Assembly (NCBI GenBank): GCA_964203045.1
Contig: CAXNKU010000002.1
Span: 7,269-71,268, forward strand
Length of the DNA: 64,000 bases
Direction: 5' to 3'
Source of the DNA: Gaiellales bacterium
Lineage (GTDB): Bacteria > Actinomycetota > Thermoleophilia > Gaiellales > F1-60-MAGs149
Shown here: positions 40,923 through 53,090 of the stretch, in pieces
Numbering within the stretch: the stretch's first letter is position 1
How the letters are laid out: every line of letters begins with the position of its first letter
Translations under genes and position numbers: made by a program
Notes under the pieces: model-generated
Database searches by the model: none
Seen by the model: only the letters and a program-made list of their open reading frames with translations
Told to the model about the DNA's origin: nothing

Positions 40923-43144
40923 GTGACTAACTCCCCCACTGAGCAGATCGATCTCACGCTCGAGGGGCTCCACTGCGCCGCCTGCGTTCTTCGCACCGAG
41001 AACGCCTTGACGGCACTGCCCGGGGTTGACCGCGCAACCGTCAACCTCGCGACCGAGCGCGCCTTCGTCGAGTTCGACCCTACCCAGACCTCAATCCCCG
41101 AGTTCGTCCGGGCTGTTGCCGAGCTCGGCTATACCGCCACACCGATTTCTGATCCGACGGCCAAACGCGCACCGCACGGGCGCGATCCGTTGCAGACGCG
41201 CATGGTCGTCGCGATCGTGCTGGCAATCCCGACGCTCGCGCTCTCGATGATCCCCGCCCTGCAGTTCCAAGGCTGGGGCTGGCTCGCGGGCGCGCTTGCG
41301 ACACCGGTCGCACTCTGGGCCGCCTGGCCGTTCCATCGCGCTGCCTGGCTCGCCTTGAAGCACCGCACGACGTCGATGGACACGCTGATTTCGCTGGGCG
41401 TCCTCGTCGCCTACGTGTCGTCCGTCGCTGCGCTACTGCTGACCGACGCCGCCTCGATGCCGATGCATCTCTCGTTGACTGCACGCGGATCGACGGGCAC
41501 GCTGACCTTCGAGGTCGCGGCCGTCGTGACGGCGGTGCTACTCGCCGGGCGCGTGCTCGAGCTTCGAGCCCGCCGTCGCGCAGGCGACGCCGTCCGAGCA
41601 CTCTCGGATTTGAGCGCACCGAACGCCACCATCGTGCGAGACGGCAAGGAGCTGCTCGTACCCGCCGCCACGCTTCGTGTTGGCGACCTCGTGCTGGTTC
41701 GTCCAGGCGAGCGAATTCCCGCCGATGGCACGATCGTCGACGGAACCGCGTCGCTCGACCGCTCGCTCCTGACCGGTGAGAGCATTCCCGTCGATGTGGA
41801 TCCTGGCGATGAGGTTGCGGGCGGGTCGATCAACACCGACGGTGTCCTGACCATCCGCACCGATCGTGTTGGCGCCGACTCGGCTGCGGCGCGCATCGCT
41901 CGACTTGTCGAACAGGCGCAGACCGAGAAGGCGAGCGTTCAGCGCCTCGCCGACAAGATCGCCAGCTGGTTCGTGCCAGCCGCACTGTTGATCGCAGTGC
42001 TCACATTTGTTGGCTGGCTCGTGACCGGCGCCTCGCTCGCAGAGGCACTCGCTCCGGCAGTCGCCGTCCTCGTCGTCGCCTGCCCGTGCGCACTCGGCCT
42101 CGCCGTCCCAGCCGCACTGCTCGTCGCCACCGGACGAGGCGCCCAACTCGGCATCCTGCTGCGCGGTGCACCCGCACTCGAGCGGGCCGAGAAGATCTCG
42201 ACGATTCTGCTGGACAAGACCGGCACCGTCACCGAAGGCCGGATGGCGTTTGCCGGGTATCACTTTCGCGAGGACGAGGACCCGACCCGCGTGATCGCGC
42301 TCGCCGCGGCCGTCGAAACAGGATCGGAACATCCCATCGCCCGAGTGATTGCCGCACTCGTCGACTCGCCCCTGCCCGCGACGGAATTCAAGATCCGTCC
42401 AGGCATCGGCGCCGAGGCCCGCGTCGACGGGGAACTCGTCACTGTCGGACACCCCACGCGGCTCGAGGCCGAAGGTGACCTGCTCTCGTATCCCCTCAAG
42501 GACGCCTGCAAGGCCGAGAGTGAACTCGGCTTTTCGCTCGCAGCCGTCTCGTGGGGCGGCATCATCCGCGGCATCATCGCAACGAGCGACCAGATCCGCC
42601 CGTCCAGCCAGGCCGCGATTGCCAGCATGCGACAGCTCGGCCTTGAGCCCATTCTCGTAACCGGTGACACCTCTGCGGCCGCCAAATCCGTGGCCGCGGC
42701 CGTCGGTATTCGCGGCGTCATCGCCAACGTGTTGCCCGAAGGCAAAGTCGATGAGGTACGTCGCCTGCAGGCGGAAGGGCGTGCCGTTGCTGTCGTCGGT
42801 GATGGCGTCAACGACGCACCCGCTCTTGCCCTCGCCGATCTCGGGATTGCAATGGGCACAGGTGCCGACGTGGCGATCGCCGCCGCCGACATCACCCTCG
42901 TTCGCCCCGATCTGTTCGCTGCGGCCGATGCCGTCCGGCTCGCTCGCCAGCACGATGCGCACGATTCGCGGCAACCTCTTCTGGGCCTTCGCCTACAACG
43001 TCGTTCTGATCCCCAGTCGCAGCCCTTGGCTTGCTCAACCCCATGTTGTCCGGACTTGCGATGGCCTCGTCGAGCCTGTTCGTGCTTGGCAATTCGCTGC
43101 GCCTACGGCGTTTTCGCGCGAGCGAAGTGGGAATCTCGCACTAG
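40923..43144 (+). CDS. copA: Cu(I)-exporting P1B-type ATPase (two +1 frameshifts near 42950 and 43015, probably sequencing errors)
   Basis: GLHCAAC, TGES, CPCAL, DKTGT, SEHP and GDGVND; YN and MASSS motifs appear in shifted frames; stop TAG at 43144. Confidence 0.92.
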
Positions 43145-43189
43145 ACGGCGAAACCGAAGCTAGGCTGGGCTGGTTCAGCTAGAAACCGC

Positions 43190-44230
43190 ATGCGCTCGCT
43201 TTCCCTCATCCTCCCGCTCGTACTCGCCGTGCTTGCGCTGACCGCGACGACAGCGACGACAACCGCCCGAGCAGACGAAACTGCGATTCCCGACTTTGTC
43301 TACGACGGCCCGTTCAAGGATCCCTCGCAGGTGGCCGACTCGCCAAAGCGCACGACGTTCAAGCTGGCTGGTCGCGACACGATCACCGCCACCACCTGGT
43401 ACACAGCCTGGAATGGTCGGACGCTTCGCCTCGTCGCGTCCTACCCTCGCTACCCCCAGCAGGCGAGGCTCCCGCTCGTCCGCGTCTTTCACGGTGCGGG
43501 CGGTAGAGCGGTCTGCAATCAGACGTTCGGTAATTCGCCCGGCCAATTCGGTTTCGTGGTCGCCTGCCTCGACGGCACCGGAAAGTACTCTCGAGGCTAC
43601 TCGTACGGTTCCCCCCAGAACCTTGCCGACAATGCAAAGATCGTGTCGTTGCTCCGTGCTCGCCTACCCGGCTTACGCATTGATCAGAGTCGCCAAGTTG
43701 CCGCCGGCGGTTCAATGGGCGGCGAGGACGCCCTCTTGTTCGGCGTTAAGTATCCCGCGCTGGCACAGACCATCGTCGCCATGGACGCCCCGATCGACAT
43801 GAGTAAGCGCTACTGGCGTCTGACACCAACGAAGCAGCGCGCACTGTATGAGGAATGCCAGGGGACACCGTATTACGCGCCCGCATGCTTCAACGAGCGT
43901 AGCCCGCTGACGTTTGCCAGCAACCTCGCAAACTCCACGCAGAAGTTGATCATGTACTGGTCCGTCAATGACGAGATCAGCCCGCAAGAACAGATGCCCA
44001 CCTTGGCGCAGGCCATCCACGCGGCCAACCCCGCACGCTCGTTTTTGATCCGGATCGGCAACTGGGGTCATGGCGGCGCTTGGCCCCCGGCGACACGCAA
44101 CAACGAGTGGCTCGCCGATGCCGGGCTCGCCGCCGATGGCACCCGCGCAGACACCAACCACCCGAATGGCTGGCGCATCGAGGTAGACGCCTCGACGGAC
44201 CTTTCCGACCTCCCGTCGTACTACCCCTGA
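43190..44230 (+). CDS. Secreted alpha/beta hydrolase (esterase/depolymerase-like)
   Basis: Signal peptide, FHGAGG, GGSMGG, NDE and WGH. Confidence 0.75.
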   Translation: MRSLSLILPLVLAVLALTATTATTTARADETAIPDFVYDGPFKDPSQVADSPKRTTFKLAGRDTITATTWYTAWNGRTLRLVASYPRYPQQARLPLVRVFHGAGGRAVCNQTFGNSPGQFGFVVACLDGTGKYSRGYSYGSPQNLADNAKIVSLLRARLPGLRIDQSRQVAAGGSMGGEDALLFGVKYPALAQTIVAMDAPIDMSKRYWRLTPTKQRALYEECQGTPYYAPACFNERSPLTFASNLANSTQKLIMYWSVNDEISPQEQMPTLAQAIHAANPARSFLIRIGNWGHGGAWPPATRNNEWLADAGLAADGTRADTNHPNGWRIEVDASTDLSDLPSYYP

Positions 44231-44270
44231 CCGCGAAAAGTCGCTGACCGGGGTACGATGCCGCTCTTCG

Positions 44271-45188
44271 ATGAGCACACGCCACCTCCTCACCATTAAC
44301 GACCTCGACGCCGCTGCTCTGCATGCGCTCTTGGCCGATGCTCGCGCCGCCAAGGCCGATCCGGCCGCGTTCTATGGCGCACTGGCTGGACGGACCGTGC
44401 TGATGCACTTTACGAAGGCCTCGACGCGCACGCGCATCTCGATCGAGACTGCCGTCGTACGACTCGGTGGCCACCCGATTTTTACGCGCGGCGACGAGTT
44501 ACAGCTCGGCCGCGGCGAACCGATCGCCGACACGGCGAATGTGGTGTCGCGCATGTGCGACGCGATCGTGATCCGTACCTTCGCGCAGGCCGACGTGGAA
44601 GAGCTCGCACGCCACGCAACGATCCCTGTCGTCAATGCACTGACCGATGACCACCATCCACTGCAAGCGCTGGCCGACCTGATGACGATCGAGGAGCATC
44701 TCGGCGCGTTGCAGGGCAAGACGATCGCGTGGATCGGCGATGGTAACAACGTCTTCCATTCGCTTGCCCAGGCCGCCGCGCTGGCCGGCATGCACGTCCG
44801 CATCGCCACACCGGAGGGCTACCAAGCCGACCCCAAAATCGTGGTCGCCGCCGCCACAGTCGCAAGCGCGCATGGTGGTTCACTGACCGAGCTACGCGAC
44901 CCGGCAGAGGCCGTCGCGGGTGCCGATGTCGTCGTCACGGACGTCTTCGTTTCGATGGGTGAAGAGGCGCAGGCAGACGAGAAGTTTGCGGCCTTCGACG
45001 GCTACCAGGTCGATGCTGCACTGATGGCGCAGGCAGCGCCGACCGCGATCTTTATGCATTGCTTGCCCGCCCACCGTGGCGAGGAGGTCTCTGCCGAGGT
45101 GATCGACGGTCCGCAGTCGGTCGTCTGGGACGAGGCAGAGAACCGACTGCACACCAGCGTCGCCGTGCTGCGTTACCTGCTCGGCTGA
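44271..45188 (+). CDS. argF: Ornithine carbamoyltransferase
   Basis: STRTR, HPLQALAD, GDGNNV, SMG and HCLPAHRG. Confidence 0.96.
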   Translation: MSTRHLLTINDLDAAALHALLADARAAKADPAAFYGALAGRTVLMHFTKASTRTRISIETAVVRLGGHPIFTRGDELQLGRGEPIADTANVVSRMCDAIVIRTFAQADVEELARHATIPVVNALTDDHHPLQALADLMTIEEHLGALQGKTIAWIGDGNNVFHSLAQAAALAGMHVRIATPEGYQADPKIVVAAATVASAHGGSLTELRDPAEAVAGADVVVTDVFVSMGEEAQADEKFAAFDGYQVDAALMAQAAPTAIFMHCLPAHRGEEVSAEVIDGPQSVVWDEAENRLHTSVAVLRYLLG

Positions 45189-45215
45189 GTCCTGCCCACC
45201 TCGCCGATTCGACAT

Positions 45216-45467
45216 CTACGCCGCGGCGGGCGTTTCGGTCTCGTCAGCGACAGGCCACGGCTCGACGAAGCGCGACGGATCGAGCGCAAGTGCCATCCCA
45301 ATCTGGCTGGCGATCCCCGCCCCCATCCAGAGGGCGTGCACCTCGTCGGCAGTCATCGAACCATCCTCAACGGCTGGTCGTAATTCGACGGGGACGGGGG
45401 TTGATTCGACCTGCAGCAACTGGCGGTCGATGAAGGCATGGAGTGCGTCGCGCTGGATAGTAGGCAT
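45216..45467 (-). CDS. Hypothetical protein
   Basis: 83-aa ORF filling the gap between argF and the YyaL-like gene. Confidence 0.5.
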   Translation of the reverse strand: MPTIQRDALHAFIDRQLLQVESTPVPVELRPAVEDGSMTADEVHALWMGAGIASQIGMALALDPSRFVEPWPVADETETPAAA

Positions 45468-45531
45468 GGCTCCAGCCTTGCAGCCCATGGCGCGCGGGCG
45501 TGGGGCCGCGCGTGACACTCAACGCGCAGAG

Positions 45532-47598
<2,067 letters not shown>

Positions 47599-47625
47599 AC
47601 CGTGATCTTCGCAGGCAGACGCGAA

Positions 47626-48018
47626 TTAGGCGGGGGCCAGCACGGAAATACCCGACTGCTGACAGGCATCGGCGAGTCGCTGATCGTACGTCACCATCTC
47701 GACAGCCTGTGGAATCGCGAGAGCCGTGGCGAGATGGATCGCATCGAGTGAGCGCAGACTGACCTCGGGCGCGAGCTGGGTCGCAATCGAAATGATGCCG
47801 CGCGAAATATCGATGCGCTCAACAATCGCAAGAAATTCTTTGGCCAGACGCGGTGCGTCGCTTCCGATTCGATGCGCGGCGGTGACTACTTCAATCTCGA
47901 GCAGCGCAGACGACACAATCGGTCGCTCGGATCCTGCCAAGAGGGCGCGAACGCTATCCGACTCTGCTTCAAACGCAAACAGTTTGACGAACGCGGAGGC
48001 ATCGACGTAGTACGTCAT
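47626..48018 (-). CDS. vapC: VapC (PIN) toxin
   Basis: YVDASAFVK and LRSLDAIHLATA, TYD. Confidence 0.92.
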   Translation of the reverse strand: MTYYVDASAFVKLFAFEAESDSVRALLAGSERPIVSSALLEIEVVTAAHRIGSDAPRLAKEFLAIVERIDISRGIISIATQLAPEVSLRSLDAIHLATALAIPQAVEMVTYDQRLADACQQSGISVLAPA

Positions 48019-48326
48019 GCGTCCGACCTGCTCGACTCGTCGAAGTCGCGACGAAGCTCGTCGAGGATTTCCTTGGTCGACGGTGTACCGGGCGCAATCA
48101 TCACTGGTTGAGACTCGAGGATGATCGAAGCGGGCTTCGAAGCGGCGCTCATCAGCCCGCGCTCAATCCAATCCTGTCGCCAGTCTTTGGCTCCCTCGGA
48201 CAACGGTCCGAGCCGCGCGATTGGCTTGCCGCGCTCGGTGACCGTAAACGACTCGCCTTGCTGGACGCGTTCGAGCCAGCGGCTGGCGTGCTGGCGTAAC
48301 TCCCGGACACCGATCGATTCAGTCAT
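48015..48326 (-). CDS. vapB: Phd/YefM-type antitoxin
   Basis: IGVRELRQ..VTERGKPIARL; overlaps the toxin start. Confidence 0.9.
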   Translation of the reverse strand: MTESIGVRELRQHASRWLERVQQGESFTVTERGKPIARLGPLSEGAKDWRQDWIERGLMSAASKPASIILESQPVMIAPGTPSTKEILDELRRDFDESSRSDA

Positions 48327-48343
48327 GTGCTACATGGTAGCAC
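48327..48343. promoter_or_regulatory. Toxin-antitoxin autorepression operator
   Basis: Palindrome GTGCTAC-ATG-GTAGCAC directly abutting the antitoxin start codon. Confidence 0.7.
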
Positions 48344-48390
48344 CATGCACGGTTGGGATGGCAGCCGTTAGGCCACCACCCCTCCCGACA

Positions 48391-49053
48391 TCAGCCCTTG
48401 GGCTGCGGAACGATGCGAATGTACGGCTTAGGCTCTTTCCAACCCTCGGGCCAGATCTCCTTGGCCTGCTCATTGTTGACGGAGCCGGCGATGATCACGT
48501 CGCCGCCCTGCTGCCACTGTGCGGGCGTCGCAACCTTGTGCTTCGCGGTCAGCTGCAGCGAGTCGATCACACGCAGCACCTCGTCGAAGTTGCGGCCCGT
48601 CGTCATCGGATAGGCCAACACGAGCTTGATCTTCTTGTCCGGGCCAATCACAAAGACGTTGCGGACCGTCTGATTGTCGGCTGGCGTGCGCTCCAACGGA
48701 TCGCCACTGACCTCGGCGGGGAGCATGTCGTACAGCTTCGAGACATTGAAGTCCGTATCGCCGATCATCGGAAAGTTCGGGCGCGTGCCCTGCGTCTCCT
48801 CGATGTCGTCCGCCCACTGCTCGTGGCGATCGACCGCATCGACGGAGAGGCCGATGATCTTGACGCCACGCTTCTGGAACTCACCGTTGATGCTGGCCAT
48901 GTAGCCGAGCTCGGTCGTGCAGACCGGCGTGAAGTCCTTGGGGTGCGAGAAGAGGACGGCCCACGAATCGCCGATCCAGTCGTGGAAGTCGATTGCGCCT
49001 TCCGTCGTCTGAGCAGTGAAGTTCGGAGCGGTGTCGTTGATACGAATGCTCAT
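48391..49053 (-). CDS. 1-Cys peroxiredoxin (Prx6)
   Basis: FSHPKDFTPVCTTELG and YPMTTGRNFDE. Confidence 0.96.
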   Translation of the reverse strand: MSIRINDTAPNFTAQTTEGAIDFHDWIGDSWAVLFSHPKDFTPVCTTELGYMASINGEFQKRGVKIIGLSVDAVDRHEQWADDIEETQGTRPNFPMIGDTDFNVSKLYDMLPAEVSGDPLERTPADNQTVRNVFVIGPDKKIKLVLAYPMTTGRNFDEVLRVIDSLQLTAKHKVATPAQWQQGGDVIIAGSVNNEQAKEIWPEGWKEPKPYIRIVPQPKG

Positions 49054-49178
49054 CTGGGAGTCTCCTTAGGGGTTCGAGCACCTCATCCGCGCGGTATGAG
49101 GATCACTTGTTTCACTTATTTGGTCGAGTTATAGCAGCGATGTGCGTCGCGCGTCAGCCCATCAGCCGACTTTACCGG

Positions 49179-49580
49179 CTAGATACAGACGACGCCAACG
49201 CGCTCGGCGGCCGCACGCAGCTGCTGATCGCACGTTGCGAGCTCGAGGCCCATATCCACGGCGAGCAAGAGGTACGAAGCGTCGTAGGCGGACAGGCCCG
49301 TCCGGTGCGCGACATCGAGGAGCGCCCGCGTTTCCCGATGATCGGGCACGGCAGTGATCGAGCAATCGACAATCGCAGCCAGCATGGCGTGGGCACTCTC
49401 GAGAGAGAGGCGGTCGCGTCGCACCGCCTGCAGCAGTGCGTGAACCAGCTCACTGAACCAGATCGACGGCACATAGGCCGAGTCGCTGGCCAGACGATCG
49501 GCGACGGCACTGCCGACCGCACCCGACTCATCGTCGAAGGCAGCTTCGAGCGCAGCCGAGGCATCGAGCACGAATGGCAC
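49179..49580 (-). CDS. vapC: VapC (PIN) toxin
   Basis: VLDASA, LSAYDASYL and LATCDQQL. Confidence 0.92.
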   Translation of the reverse strand: MPFVLDASAALEAAFDDESGAVGSAVADRLASDSAYVPSIWFSELVHALLQAVRRDRLSLESAHAMLAAIVDCSITAVPDHRETRALLDVAHRTGLSAYDASYLLLAVDMGLELATCDQQLRAAAERVGVVCI

Positions 49581-49822
49581 TAGAGCTTCTTCCCATCGTC
49601 AATCCACGACCGGATCTCCTCTGGCGTCGCCTGGACACCAAGTTCGCGCTTGAGTGCGCGGAGACGGTCCACCGCCGCGGCGCGTGCATCCGTCGTATCC
49701 GTAGCCGGCACGAGCCGAGCGACAGGCTTGCCATGGCGCGTGATCGTCACCTCCACGCCCGCCTCCACATCGGCAATCAGGCGGGACAGATGTGTCTTGG
49801 CTTCGTACACACTGATATCCAT
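49580..49822 (-). CDS. vapB: Phd/YefM-type antitoxin
   Basis: YEAKTHLSRL..ITRHGKPVARL. Confidence 0.92.
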   Translation of the reverse strand: MDISVYEAKTHLSRLIADVEAGVEVTITRHGKPVARLVPATDTTDARAAAVDRLRALKRELGVQATPEEIRSWIDDGKKL

Positions 49823-49916
49823 AGCGCAAATTCTAGTCAATTGTTGGTCATACTATTGCGCAGAGACGATCCTCGCCCACGCGGACTCGCCCGTAGTCCA
49901 CGCGTAAACTCACACC

Positions 49917-51116
49917 ATGCAGCCCGCCGACCTTCTGATCGACAATCTCGCGAGCCTCGCCACCGTCGATGCTGACGGAGAGTTCTGCGTCGTTCACAAC
50001 GCTGCGATCGCAATGCGCGCGGGCCACATCGAGGCCGTCGGTCCCCGCGACCAGGTCCACGCCGCCGTGACACTCGCCGCTGACGCCGAGCTTATCGACG
50101 CCACAGGGCAGAGCGCTGTTCCCGGCCTGGTCGACTGTCATACGCACGTTGTCTACGGCGGCAACCGCATCCACGAGTTCGATCTGCGCGCCCAGGGCGC
50201 CACCTACGAGCGCATCGCCGCCGAGGGCGGCGGCATCCAGGCGAGCGTGCGCCAAACGCGCGAGGCAACCGAAGACGAGCTGGTCGCTAGCGCCACCAAG
50301 CGACTCGAGACGATGCGGCGCCTCGGCACCACCACCGCCGAGATCAAGTCGGGCTACGGTCTCAGCGCCGAGCACGAACTGCGCATGCTGCGCGTTGCCA
50401 AGGCTGCCGGTAAACAGGCCGGAGTCCGCGTGCTGACAACCTGTCTCGCGCTCCACTCCACGCCACCCGAGGCCGAATCTCCCGATGCCTACGTGGACTA
50501 TGCAATCGCAGAGATTCTGCCTGCCTGCGCCGAGTTCGCCGATGCCGCCGACGTCTTTCTTGAGCGCGGCGTCTTCGACGTCGATCAGTCGCGACGCTTT
50601 CTCCTCGCAGCACGCGAGCACGGACTCCGCCTCCGCCTCCACGGCGACCAGTTCTCCGAGATGGGTGCGATCCCGCTGGCGATCGAACTCGGTGCTGCGT
50701 CCGTCGATCATCTCGAGGCAACGGGCCCCGAGGGGATCGAGCAACTCGCCGCATCGAACGTGATCGCCGTTGGCCTGCCCGTCGCCGCGCTGACCCTCAA
50801 CTGCCCGCTGCCCCCACTCCGCGCTCTGATCGACGCTGGTGCTCGAGTGGCACTCGCAACCGACGCCAACCCCGGCTCGGCACCGTGCCTCTCGCTCCCG
50901 ACCACGATGCATCTCGCCTGTAGCCAGCTGGGGCTCTCGTGTGCCGAGGCGCTGCAGGCCGCCACGGCCGGTGGTGCCGCCGTGCTCGGCCTCGACAACG
51001 AGGTCGGTCGGCTCGCCGTCGGGTTCAAAGCCGACGTCGTGCTGGTCGACAACCCCGACTGGCGCGCCCTGATCGCTCAGCTCGGCGCCGAGCCAGCCCG
51101 CGTTGTTCGCGCCTAG
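49917..51116 (+). CDS. hutI: Imidazolonepropionase
   Basis: PGLVDCHTH, EIKSGYGL, LHGDQ and ATDANPG. Confidence 0.92.
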   Translation: MQPADLLIDNLASLATVDADGEFCVVHNAAIAMRAGHIEAVGPRDQVHAAVTLAADAELIDATGQSAVPGLVDCHTHVVYGGNRIHEFDLRAQGATYERIAAEGGGIQASVRQTREATEDELVASATKRLETMRRLGTTTAEIKSGYGLSAEHELRMLRVAKAAGKQAGVRVLTTCLALHSTPPEAESPDAYVDYAIAEILPACAEFADAADVFLERGVFDVDQSRRFLLAAREHGLRLRLHGDQFSEMGAIPLAIELGAASVDHLEATGPEGIEQLAASNVIAVGLPVAALTLNCPLPPLRALIDAGARVALATDANPGSAPCLSLPTTMHLACSQLGLSCAEALQAATAGGAAVLGLDNEVGRLAVGFKADVVLVDNPDWRALIAQLGAEPARVVRA

Positions 51117-51118
51117 GG

Positions 51119-52993
51119 CTACAGGTCGGCAGTAACGCCGAGCGAATCGCGCGCCACGAGGTCCGCATAGCGACCGGCGTGAGCCATCAGCTCGAGATGC
51201 GTGCCGCGCTCGACGATCGCGCCATGGTCGAGCACGAGAATCTGATCGGCGTCGCGCACGGTCGACAGGCGGTGGGCAATGGTGATCGTCGTGCGACCCT
51301 CGGCCAACGCATCGAGCGCCTCTTGTACCTGGCGCTCCGTATCGACATCGAGGGCGCTGGTGGCCTCGTCCAAGACGAGAATTGGCGGGTTGCGTAGGAC
51401 GGTACGAGCAATCGCAATGCGCTGTTTCTCGCCGCCCGAGAAGCGATAACCGCGCTCGCCGACGACCGTCTCGTAGCCCTCAGGCAGACCCGCGATGTGA
51501 TCGTGGATGCGCGCCGCGCGACAGGCATTCTCGATCTCCGCATCGGTCGCCTCGGGGTGCGCAAAGCGGAGATTCTCGCGCACCGTCGCATGGAACAGGT
51601 AGGTCTCTTGGCTGACCACGCCAATCAAATCCGAGAGCGACGCAAACGCGACATCCTTGACGTCGACACCATCGATGCGAATGGCGCCGCGCTCGGCGTC
51701 ATACAGCCGCGCAACGAGATACCCAAGCGTCGTCTTGCCCGAACCCGTCTCTCCGACCAGAGCAGTGCGCGTGCCCGGTGCTGCGAGGAAGGTCGCGCCA
51801 CTAATCGTCCACGTACCCTCAGGCTCATAGCGAAACCAGACGTCATCGAAGGAGACCTCGCCACGCACATCCTCGCGACGCAACTCTTGCGAGCCGGAGT
51901 GCTCATCGATATCAACCTTGAGATCGAGGTACTCGAAGATGCGATCAAACAGGGCCAACGATGCCTGCACGTCAATCCCGACCGACAGCAGCGCACCAAC
52001 GGGGAAGAAGATGCGCGTCTGGATCGTTGCGAAGGCGACGAGCGTACCGACAGTGACCGCGCCAAACCCATTAGCAATCGACCAGCCACCGGCCCAATAA
52101 ACCAGCGCCGGCAAAATCGCAAACGAGGCGCTGATCGTTGCCATCACCCAACGGCCCGCCATGCGCTGGCGCACCTCAAGCTCGGCGAGCTCGCGCGACT
52201 CCTCACGGAAACGCCCCGCAAGCTCAGGACCGCGACCCATCGTCTTGCCCAGCAAGACACCCGAGACGCTCAGCGACTCTTGCACGAGCGACGAAATATC
52301 GGCCAGCGTCTTCTGACGCTCGGTCGTCAACTTGCGGCGCTCCACACCGACGCGGCGCGTCAACAGGACGAAGAACGGCACGAGGATGACCGAGAGAATC
52401 GCCAGGCGCCAATCGAGCAGAAACATCGCGACGACCGCCGCCAACACCGTCGTGACGTTTGAAACCACGGACGTCGCTGTGGAGGTGACCACGTCGTCGA
52501 CGCCACCAATGTCATTCGAGATCCGCGACTGCACCTCACCCGTGCGCGTGCGGGTGAAAAACGCGAGCGATTGGCGCTGCAGGTGCTCGTAGACGTCGGC
52601 CCGCAAATCGTGCATGACCTCCTGGCCGACGCGGTTCGACAGGTACGTCTGCGCGACGCCGAGAATGCCAACGATGATCGCGACCACGATCATGCCGCCC
52701 GCCAGCCAGGCTAGCAGCGTCGTGTTGTTCGTCGGGATTGCGTTGTCAATCACATCGCGCAGCAAGAACGCTGGCACCATGCCGAGGGCGCTGGACACCA
52801 CGATCAGGCCGAGTACCAGCGTCAGCCGCGACTTCTCGGGTCCGAACAGGCGGAAGACGCGACGCACATTTGCGCGGCGAACCTCCGGGTCCTCCGGCCG
52901 CTTCGGCTTATCGCCGACATCGAACGTTCCGTGTCTTCCGCGTGCGCTCACAGTAAGAGGAACGGTAAACCCCGTCGAGATATGCCGCGACAC
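51119..52993 (-). CDS. ABC exporter, fused permease/ATPase (start uncertain)
   Basis: Six-TM domain followed by GETGSGKT, FSGGEKQR and LDEATSALD. Confidence 0.92.
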   Translation of the reverse strand: MSRHISTGFTVPLTVSARGRHGTFDVGDKPKRPEDPEVRRANVRRVFRLFGPEKSRLTLVLGLIVVSSALGMVPAFLLRDVIDNAIPTNNTTLLAWLAGGMIVVAIIVGILGVAQTYLSNRVGQEVMHDLRADVYEHLQRQSLAFFTRTRTGEVQSRISNDIGGVDDVVTSTATSVVSNVTTVLAAVVAMFLLDWRLAILSVILVPFFVLLTRRVGVERRKLTTERQKTLADISSLVQESLSVSGVLLGKTMGRGPELAGRFREESRELAELEVRQRMAGRWVMATISASFAILPALVYWAGGWSIANGFGAVTVGTLVAFATIQTRIFFPVGALLSVGIDVQASLALFDRIFEYLDLKVDIDEHSGSQELRREDVRGEVSFDDVWFRYEPEGTWTISGATFLAAPGTRTALVGETGSGKTTLGYLVARLYDAERGAIRIDGVDVKDVAFASLSDLIGVVSQETYLFHATVRENLRFAHPEATDAEIENACRAARIHDHIAGLPEGYETVVGERGYRFSGGEKQRIAIARTVLRNPPILVLDEATSALDVDTERQVQEALDALAEGRTTITIAHRLSTVRDADQILVLDHGAIVERGTHLELMAHAGRYADLVARDSLGVTADL

Positions 52994-53090
52994 AAGCCGC
53001 TACCCTCACCATGCGCGAAGCACAAGGCATGCAAGCGCTGACAACGATCACCGGCAGGGACTCCCGACAAGGACTCCTAGTCTTCTCCTG

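Noticed and set aside
42940..43030. copA C-terminal truncation
   Set aside because: Two more +1 shifts with YN and MASSS motifs intact in the shifted frames, the same error signature as gltBD.
49081..49101. CCTCATCCGCGCGGTATGAGG hairpin as a member of the palindrome family
   Set aside because: It shares only the CCGCGCGG core and lacks the GGACA/TGTCC ends and the 30-bp frame.
49917..51116. Orphan hutI as a novel pathway
   Set aside because: hut genes are often scattered and the motifs are canonical.
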